Shown one piece after another: positions 56,918 to 64,000 of a stretch of 64,000 nucleotides of DNA. The notes beneath the pieces are model-generated. The model had not been told where the DNA came from. It saw only the letters and a program-made list of their open reading frames with translations, and made no database searches. A program made the position numbers and the translations under genes. The stretch is from Candidatus Borrarchaeum weybense (GTDB taxonomy: Archaea; Asgardarchaeota; Sifarchaeia; Borrarchaeales; Borrarchaeaceae). How positions within the stretch are numbered: the stretch's first letter is position 1; every line of letters begins with the position of its first letter. The stretch covers positions 662,508 to 726,507 of the forward strand of contig JAHQJS010000004.1 of assembly GCA_019057385.1 (NCBI GenBank). Reading direction: 5' to 3'.

Positions 56918-57514
56918 GTGATTAAAGTGATTCAAAATGTTATGAAGCGACGAAGAAGCATTAGAAAATTCAAGAAAGATAAGTTTGGAATTGAAAAACT
57001 CTGTTCAATTCTGAAAGCAAGCTTACTGGCACCTTCAGGTGCAGATCAAAGCCCATTTACTTTGATTATAATTGATAATGAGCAGTTGAAAAGACAGATA
57101 AGAACTGAATGTGAAGTTGCAGACAAAGATTTCCATGAGGGGTCCCCTGCTTGGCTAAAAGAGTGGTTTGCTAAAAAAAATATCACAACTGAGAAAAAGT
57201 TCCTTACAGACGCTCCGTTTTTGGTTGTATTAGCTGGAAATACCACGATGCCCTATTGGTTAGAATCAACCTGGATTTCAATAGCATATCTCATTCTAGC
57301 TGCCGAAGAGGAAGGCCTGGCCACATTAACATATACACCTGGTCAAATGAAGTTTCTCATGCCGCTTTTAGAATTGCCAGAAGTGTATGAACCTGTAGTT
57401 ATTCTTCCAATAGGATATCCTGACGAATTTCCGACTAAAATTGACAATGGTGATAAAGAAACTAAAATCTTTTTTAATAAATTTGGTGTTGAAGAGAATT
57501 CTTGTCGTTCTTAG
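56918..57514 (+). CDS. Nitroreductase family protein
   Basis: RRRSIRKF, LAPSG, LAAEEEGL, ILPIGYP. Confidence 0.88.
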   Translation: MIKVIQNVMKRRRSIRKFKKDKFGIEKLCSILKASLLAPSGADQSPFTLIIIDNEQLKRQIRTECEVADKDFHEGSPAWLKEWFAKKNITTEKKFLTDAPFLVVLAGNTTMPYWLESTWISIAYLILAAEEEGLATLTYTPGQMKFLMPLLELPEVYEPVVILPIGYPDEFPTKIDNGDKETKIFFNKFGVEENSCRS

Positions 57515-57572
57515 TCAATTTTATATTTAAAAAATTGTTAATAATAGCCTTAAATGATTTTTTAAGCGAGGT

Positions 57573-59666
57573 TTGTCTCTTATGCAGACTAGTCTTAACA
57601 AATTCATTAAGAAAAGGGCAACATCGTTTATTCTCTTGCTGATTTTAGTAACTAGTTCTTTTGCTATACTGTCGTCATATTTACCGCTCGTAGATGAAGA
57701 TCGTTTTTCGCCAAAAGGCGAAGATCGAGTTCCTCTTACAACATGGAAATTCAAGATAGATCCGAATAAAGATGGAATGGAGGAAAAATGGTTTGAGGTA
57801 GATTATGAGGATTCACGATGGCAAGATGTAATAGTGCCTTCTACATGGAATTTAGAGCCAGATCTTGAATGGTATAAAGGTCTTGGCTGGTATCGCAACC
57901 ATTTTTTTATCCCTGATGCTTGGCAAGCGTCGCAAAGTGACGAATTGATAAATGTACACTTTCTTGCTGTATTTCTTAAATGCGATGCGTGGTTAAATGG
58001 TTATTATCTTGGAAATCATCGTGGAGGTTATACTGATTTTTCTTTTGATATTTCTTCAATTGTTAATTACAAAGGTGAAAATATTCTAGCTGTCCGAGTT
58101 GATAATCAGTTATATAATACTCAAATTCCAGCTATATCATTTGATTGGTGGTTTTGGGGTGGTTTAACTAGGGAAGTATTCATAGAAAAACGTCCTCGAC
58201 TACAGATCTCAGATATTTCAATAACTACAAAGGTATTAATGAATGATCTTGCACTCATAAATGTGACTTGCACAATTAATAATGATTATAATTCTGACTT
58301 CGAGAGCAACATCCAATTAAAACTTTTGAGAGATAATATCCTTACTTATTCTTCTTCTTTTGACATTTTAATTAGTTCTAATGATCATTATCGATGGTCT
58401 AAGACTTTATTTCTGAATAATCCTAAATTATGGTCTCCAGAGAATCCAAATTTATACAAAGCAGTAGTTAGTGTAAGTGTCGAGAATAAAGTACACCATA
58501 GAGTTGAAGAGCGGTTTGGAATACGTGAGATCAAGAGAAAGGGGAATGCACTATATTTAAACAATAGAATGATCTTTTTGCGCGGATTCTCGCGTCACGA
58601 GGATCACCCCGACTATGGGAACATTTTGCCATCCGACATCCAGTATAATGACCTTAAAATGATAAAGGAAAGCGGAGCGAATTTCGTTCGTCTTGCTCAC
58701 TATCCTAATCATCCCTCTGTTTTGGAAATCTGCGATGAGCTAGGGCTCTTAGTTTGGGAAGAAATTCCTGCTTGGCATATTCCTCCCGAAACTTTATCGA
58801 ATCCTAAAACCATCGAAAAGTGGGCTAAACCACAGCTAAAGGAAATGATCCAACGTGATAAAAATCATCCAAGTATCATCATTTGGTCAATTGGTAACGA
58901 ATTTGATACTATGTCCGCTCTTTCGTTAATTTACGTTCGCAAGATGGTCAATTATACTCGAAGTTTAGATAATTCACGTCTAATTACTTATGCTACAAAT
59001 AGATATCAAGGAGATCTTGGTTATGATTATATTGATGTTATATCAATCAATGCGTACATGGGCTGGTATACTGCGGAGATTAATGAGTTTGGAAAAATAT
59101 TAGATGATATCCACAAATATAATCCCAATAAACCTATTCTGATAAGTGAATTTGGTGCTGGTGCGGTTTTAGGGAAAAGAGGGGAAGGGAAATATACCGA
59201 AGATTTTCAAGTAACCTTTTTGAAGGGTTATTGGAGTCAAATAGAAGAACGAATGAGTGGAAGCTCCACCAACACAGGCTATGTTGTCGGAGCCGCTTGG
59301 TGGGTGTTTGCAGACTTTAAGAGCCCGCGACGTATACATAGTCAAATTCCAAAATATAACCTAAAAGGCGTTGTAGATCAATTAAGGCAGCCAAAATTAG
59401 CATATTTTGAAATAACAACTCTTTTCAGCACTTCACCCAATAATTCTAAAACTCTTAGAAGCGCGCTTTTGTTTAAGAGCGATACTACCTTAGAATTGTA
59501 TAGACAGTATTCTTGTTTCAAAAATTCCCAAACTCAGTATTCTCGCATTCAAATCTTAGAAAAACACTTAATTTATACGAGTATAGACTCCAGCAATAAG
59601 CGTAAACTCATTTTCGACTTTTTGAAAACGGCTTTCGAAACGATAGCTTTTAAAAACATTGAGTAA
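57573..59666 (+). CDS. Glycoside hydrolase family 2 (beta-glucuronidase/galactosidase-like) with N-terminal signal/anchor
   Basis: GFSRHED, FVRLAHYP, DKNHPSIIIWSIGNE (acid/base), ISEFG (nucleophile). Confidence 0.92.
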   Translation: MSLMQTSLNKFIKKRATSFILLLILVTSSFAILSSYLPLVDEDRFSPKGEDRVPLTTWKFKIDPNKDGMEEKWFEVDYEDSRWQDVIVPSTWNLEPDLEWYKGLGWYRNHFFIPDAWQASQSDELINVHFLAVFLKCDAWLNGYYLGNHRGGYTDFSFDISSIVNYKGENILAVRVDNQLYNTQIPAISFDWWFWGGLTREVFIEKRPRLQISDISITTKVLMNDLALINVTCTINNDYNSDFESNIQLKLLRDNILTYSSSFDILISSNDHYRWSKTLFLNNPKLWSPENPNLYKAVVSVSVENKVHHRVEERFGIREIKRKGNALYLNNRMIFLRGFSRHEDHPDYGNILPSDIQYNDLKMIKESGANFVRLAHYPNHPSVLEICDELGLLVWEEIPAWHIPPETLSNPKTIEKWAKPQLKEMIQRDKNHPSIIIWSIGNEFDTMSALSLIYVRKMVNYTRSLDNSRLITYATNRYQGDLGYDYIDVISINAYMGWYTAEINEFGKILDDIHKYNPNKPILISEFGAGAVLGKRGEGKYTEDFQVTFLKGYWSQIEERMSGSSTNTGYVVGAAWWVFADFKSPRRIHSQIPKYNLKGVVDQLRQPKLAYFEITTLFSTSPNNSKTLRSALLFKSDTTLELYRQYSCFKNSQTQYSRIQILEKHLIYTSIDSSNKRKLIFDFLKTAFETIAFKNIE

Positions 59667-59781
59667 GTCATCCCTTTAGAATTTTAAATCATTATAAAAT
59701 TAGGAATAATTATGCGCGCAAAAATAATAATGGTGAAATGGTGTCCCATTTAGTTGCTGAATATGATTTTAATCCATTTTT

Positions 59782-60486
59782 ATGGAGTTGACATCTCTGT
59801 TAGGTCGTTTCAAGCAAATAACTGAAAAAGTCTTTAAGCCATTCGCAAAAATTCTCGCAGATCTTGGACTCAGGCCAAATCATCTTACAGTAATTGCATT
59901 CATACTTTCAGTTCTTACAGCATATTTAATTCTAGTTCATGATTTCGCTTGGGCTGCAGTAACATTGCTTGCTGCAGGTGGATGTGATCTTCTTGATGGA
60001 TTAGTTGCCCGTATTACTAATACCGTTACGATCAGAGGCGGTTTTCTAGATTCCGTTTTCGATAGATATAGTGATGCTGTAATTATCGGAGCAATTACTT
60101 TTTCGGGTAATTGTGACCCAATTTGGGGTGTTCTTGCGATTTTTGGTTCACTCTTAGTTAGTTACGTTAGGGCTCGTGCAGAAGTTGCAGGAGCAAAACT
60201 AAGTGGGATAGGTCTCGCGGAAAGACCAGAAAGGCTTGCTATAATTGCATTCTTTTCATTCTTCAATTATTCAATTCACCATGAACTTTTCAATACCGTC
60301 AATTATATAGACCTATTTAATGCGCAGGGAGACATTCTTATTCGGATCAGTATGTTAACATACGGCCTTAACTTTGGCATGATTATCCTTACAATCCTCA
60401 CACAAATTACATTACTGCAAAGGATTTGGTATGCCTGGAAACACCTATCTGGTGAACCTATATCCCATGAAAAAGAATCTAGTTGA
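59782..60486 (+). CDS. CDP-alcohol phosphatidyltransferase (archaetidylinositol phosphate synthase-like)
   Basis: DLLDGLVAR...GGFLDSVFDRYSD, SYVRARAE, ERPER. Confidence 0.9.
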   Translation: MELTSLLGRFKQITEKVFKPFAKILADLGLRPNHLTVIAFILSVLTAYLILVHDFAWAAVTLLAAGGCDLLDGLVARITNTVTIRGGFLDSVFDRYSDAVIIGAITFSGNCDPIWGVLAIFGSLLVSYVRARAEVAGAKLSGIGLAERPERLAIIAFFSFFNYSIHHELFNTVNYIDLFNAQGDILIRISMLTYGLNFGMIILTILTQITLLQRIWYAWKHLSGEPISHEKESS

Positions 60487-60533
60487 ACCTATACTATGGC
60501 AAAAGACCAATCAACAAGAATGAGACTCTTAAT

Positions 60534-60941
60534 TTAACTCTTTGAGTTCCCTTGTACCTTAACTGAAAATACATCTGTTAATAGTTTTTCTAAGAATTCT
60601 TTCGCATTAAGCATTTGTTTTTTACCAAGTTCTGTTGCATGGTAGTATTTTCTATCAGGTCTTCCCATTGGGGACTCTTCCCAAGACTCGTCCACGAGTT
60701 TCTCACTCTTCATTTTGTATAGAACAACGTAGCAACTAACTCTAGCCGGCGAGAAATCGAAGTTCTCTTGAATTTTTTGCCGGATTTCATATCCGTACAT
60801 TGGACGCTCTTGGAGAAGCCGCAGGACGTAAATCCATAGATTCTCCTTTGTCAATTTCTTTATCAATCTTTTATAAGCCTTGGTTTCTTGCGCCTGCTGC
60901 TCTGAACTCATCACAATCCTCCTGTTATGCATGTGTTGCAT
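60534..60941 (-). CDS. PadR family regulator
   Basis: PMYGYEI, YVVLYKM, RKYYHATELG; start may be MSSEQ. Confidence 0.88.
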   Translation of the reverse strand: MQHMHNRRIVMSSEQQAQETKAYKRLIKKLTKENLWIYVLRLLQERPMYGYEIRQKIQENFDFSPARVSCYVVLYKMKSEKLVDESWEESPMGRPDRKYYHATELGKKQMLNAKEFLEKLLTDVFSVKVQGNSKS

Positions 60942-61066
60942 GCTTCACTTTAAAAAAGATATGGTAAATAGAAACGACTATCCTTCCTATTAATGTTGTA
61001 ATCTTTATAGCTCTATTTATTTTTAAAAAACTTATTAAAGCTAGCCCACTTAAAGCCTTTCAATTT

Positions 61067-61927
61067 TTGGAGGAATTTTCTTTGGCTGATTTAATGATAA
61101 TTTTATACGCTTTAGCTGGGATTGGAGTAGGGTTTATAGCAGCTTTACTAGGGCTTGGCGGTGGATTCATAATGGTACCTCTCCTGAACTTGGTATTTGG
61201 AATTCCAATTCGCCAGTCTATCGGGACAAGCCTTTTTACGATCGTTTTTACCTCTTCTAGTAGTAGTGTAGAGTATGTAAGAAAAAGGGTCACTGATCTT
61301 AAATTAGGGGCAATGATGATCCCCTTTACTATTACTGGCGCTGTGATAGGGGCGAATGTTTCAGTACTAATACCTGAAGACATTCTCAAGGCTATTTTTG
61401 GTGTTGTACTCTTTATCGCAAGTGTTCGGATGTTCCTGAAAAAGAATAACAAGGATAAATTAGGCCTACAATCTGATACAGAAGAGGACGTATCTGGCTC
61501 AAAGTTTCTGTGTGTTAGTCGAATATGCACTGAACCGGATGGGACTCAATTTGAGTATACCGTGAGCATTCCTCTAATTGCATTATTTGGTTTTTGTGCA
61601 GGCTTAGTGTCCGGTTTATTGGGAGTGGGGGGTGGCATAATCCAAGTTCCAGTACTGAATCTGATATTTGGAATACCAATTCATATAGCGATTGCAACAT
61701 CGCTCTTTATTATCATTTTCACATCAAGTTTTGGCATGACCACTCATTTATTGCTGGGAAATGTAATCCTATCTATAGGCATTTTATTGGCTATTGGTAC
61801 GGTTATCGGTGGACAAATTGGTGCACGAGCGGCGCAAAAAATAGAAAGAAGGAAACTCAGAAAAATTTTTGCTATTTTAATGGCGTTTGCTGGTATTAGA
61901 ATGTTTATTTCATTATTTGCTATTTAG
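61067..61927 (+). CDS. TSUP (TauE/SafE) family transporter
   Basis: Two GLGGG/GVGGG..VP repeats, GTSL/ATSL. Confidence 0.92.
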   Translation: MEEFSLADLMIILYALAGIGVGFIAALLGLGGGFIMVPLLNLVFGIPIRQSIGTSLFTIVFTSSSSSVEYVRKRVTDLKLGAMMIPFTITGAVIGANVSVLIPEDILKAIFGVVLFIASVRMFLKKNNKDKLGLQSDTEEDVSGSKFLCVSRICTEPDGTQFEYTVSIPLIALFGFCAGLVSGLLGVGGGIIQVPVLNLIFGIPIHIAIATSLFIIIFTSSFGMTTHLLLGNVILSIGILLAIGTVIGGQIGARAAQKIERRKLRKIFAILMAFAGIRMFISLFAI

Positions 61928-61949
61928 AAGAGAACTTGAAGGTGGTTAA

Positions 61950-63629
61950 ATGAATGTTGCAAATGCGATTGTTAAGATTATGGAGTCTGAAAAAACAAAA
62001 TACGTTTTTGGGCATCCTGGCACACAGACACTTCCTCTTTATGACGCTCTTTATGATTCAAATATTTATCACGTTTTAGTCAGACATGAACAGACTGCAT
62101 CACAAGCTGCAGATGCTTACGCAAAAATTACAGGTAAGGTAGGTATTTGTGATGCTTCGCTTGGACCTGGTGCGATGAATTTAGGAATTGGAATTGCTGG
62201 GGCATGGATTGATTCTACACCGATGATCGCATTTACTGGAGACCGAAGTGCAGAAATCATAGGGAAAGGCGCATTTCAGCATATTGAAATGCAAGGCATC
62301 TTCCACCCCATCACTAAACTCTCTAATGTTCTTTCACTGCCCGATAAAGTTTATCATACCATCAGGACTGCCTATCGAGTTGCGTTAAGCGGACGTCCAG
62401 GTCCGGTACATATAGTGATACCTGAGGACGTACTTCGTAAAGAAATAAGTGGTGAAGAAGATATAAAATCTGAACGAATATATAGAGCCTTTGCAAAGCC
62501 AAGGGCCGATCCCGAGTTAATCAAGAAAGCTATTGATCTACTTTTACAGGCTGAACGCCCAGTAATCTTGGCGGGTGGTGGATGCCACTATTCTCCCGGT
62601 AGTGCCTATAAAGAACTACTAGAACTAGCAGAACTGTTATGGATCCCAGTTGCATGCACTCTGAATGGACGTGGATGTTTTCCTGAGGATCATCCTCTTT
62701 CTATAGGCAGGACAGGAGTTTTTAGCGCAAGATACGTTAATAAATTTGTTTATCAGGCGGATGCACTTCTGGCAGTTGGATGCCGCTTTGCTGACTTAAG
62801 TATGAATCATTGGAAGATTATCAATCCAGAAACGAAGATTATTCACATTGATATAGATCCTACAGAAATTGGGAAGAATTATCCAGTTGAAATAGGTATT
62901 GTTGGAGATGCAGGAGCCACGCTGTCCGATCTTATAAATGTCCTCAAACAGCATCTAACAACGCCACGAGCAAAGGATACTCCTTGGTTGCAAATGCTAG
63001 AAAATGGAAAGAAAGAGTGGCAAAATGAAATACATGACAAGATAACATCGGATGATGTCCCTTTGAAGCCCCAACGAGTTATAAAAGAGGTTCGTAAATT
63101 CTTCGACCGTAAAACAGTTTTTACGCTTGATGCAGGTGAGCACAAAATGCTAGCGGCTGCCAATGGCTTATTAGATATTTACGAACCTGGCACATGGATT
63201 AATTCTGGAGAATTTGGACCCATGGGGTACGGACTACCAGCAGCTATTGGATCCAAAGTTGCCAGACCAAATGATAATGTTGTTGTCATAGCCGGAGACG
63301 GAGGTTTTTCTATGACACTTCAGGAATTGGCAACCTGTGTGAAACATAATTTGCCGGTAATAAGTTGTGTGCTAAATAATGATTGCCTTGGAGTGATTAA
63401 AACCTTTCAACGTAGAACTTATGATTCTCGTTTTATTTCATGTGATCTTAAAGGATCAAATCCCAGTTTTGTAAAAGTTGCTGAGGCTTTCAATTGTTAT
63501 GGCGAAAGGGTAGAAAAGCCATCCGAGATCATACCCGCATTGAAGAACGCATTGAATGCAACAAAAGAAGGCATCCCTGCGGTACTTGAATTCATTACAG
63601 ATCCCTTTGAAGCACCAATTCGCGTATGA
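61950..63629 (+). CDS. Thiamine diphosphate-dependent enzyme, acetolactate synthase large-subunit-like
   Basis: RHEQ, GPG, GRPGPV, MGYGLPAAIG, GDGGF...NN. Confidence 0.9.
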   Translation: MNVANAIVKIMESEKTKYVFGHPGTQTLPLYDALYDSNIYHVLVRHEQTASQAADAYAKITGKVGICDASLGPGAMNLGIGIAGAWIDSTPMIAFTGDRSAEIIGKGAFQHIEMQGIFHPITKLSNVLSLPDKVYHTIRTAYRVALSGRPGPVHIVIPEDVLRKEISGEEDIKSERIYRAFAKPRADPELIKKAIDLLLQAERPVILAGGGCHYSPGSAYKELLELAELLWIPVACTLNGRGCFPEDHPLSIGRTGVFSARYVNKFVYQADALLAVGCRFADLSMNHWKIINPETKIIHIDIDPTEIGKNYPVEIGIVGDAGATLSDLINVLKQHLTTPRAKDTPWLQMLENGKKEWQNEIHDKITSDDVPLKPQRVIKEVRKFFDRKTVFTLDAGEHKMLAAANGLLDIYEPGTWINSGEFGPMGYGLPAAIGSKVARPNDNVVVIAGDGGFSMTLQELATCVKHNLPVISCVLNNDCLGVIKTFQRRTYDSRFISCDLKGSNPSFVKVAEAFNCYGERVEKPSEIIPALKNALNATKEGIPAVLEFITDPFEAPIRV

Positions 63630-63649
63630 ATTGAATTTGAGGTGAGTTT

Positions 63650-64000
63650 TTGAAAAATGTGCCTGCAATAGTTGTGCATGGTGGAGCGTGGGATGTAAGT
63701 CGTGAACTAGTTGGTCCAAATAAAACTGGAATAAGTCACGCAGCTATAGCTGGAATTGAAGTCCTTAAAGCCGAAGGCAATGCTTTAGATGCTGTTGAAG
63801 CAGCGATTAGGATTTTAGAAGATGACGATTCGTTTAACGCTGGAATTGGTTCAGTACTGACCTTAGATGGACATATTGAAATGGATGCTGCTATTATGGA
63901 TGGAAAAACGCTGAAGGCGGGTGCTGTAGGATCTGTTTCAAATGTTCGCCATCCTATTTCTTTAGCGAGAAAAATTGCTGAAGAAACGATCCATGTGTTT
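63650..64000 (+). CDS. Isoaspartyl peptidase/L-asparaginase (Ntn hydrolase), 3'-truncated by the window edge
   Basis: TTG after GAGGTGA; AIVVHGGAW...ALDAVEAA...FNAGIGS...EMDAAIMDG. Confidence 0.88.
   Translation, partial: MKNVPAIVVHGGAWDVSRELVGPNKTGISHAAIAGIEVLKAEGNALDAVEAAIRILEDDDSFNAGIGSVLTLDGHIEMDAAIMDGKTLKAGAVGSVSNVRHPISLARKIAEETIHVF

Overview
About 64 kb of AT-rich archaeal DNA, most likely from an Asgard archaeon. This is inferred from the tRNA splicing endonuclease, split archaeal glutamate synthases, WD40/LRR/C2H2 proteins, a eukaryote-like ubiquitin cascade and UGA-containing redoxins. Routine content includes a shikimate (aro) operon, glnA, two glutamate synthase clusters, sugar-acid catabolism genes and transporters. 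Five items stand out. (1) At 31.9-39.3 kb there is a complete Ubl/E1/E2/JAMM/membrane-RING cascade. A HerA/FtsK-like ATPase next to it carries a C-terminal copy of the same Ubl with a free ...AG end, so the ATPase may itself be conjugated. A Lys/Glu-rich coiled-coil gene lies inside the locus. (2) Two tandem redoxins missed by the ORF track have in-frame TGA at the CxxC positions (UPYC and a double-Sec UGHU). Each is followed by a near-identical structured 3' element that is a candidate SECIS. (3) An intact IscB element and a separate omegaRNA-only element are inserted 37 bp apart in one hydrolase gene, each just before a TAM-like motif. (4) About 10 copies of a palindromic motif form an array upstream of a radical SAM gene cluster. 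(5) Two small proteins have WH2-like tails. All assignments come from reading motifs by eye; no database searches were run.
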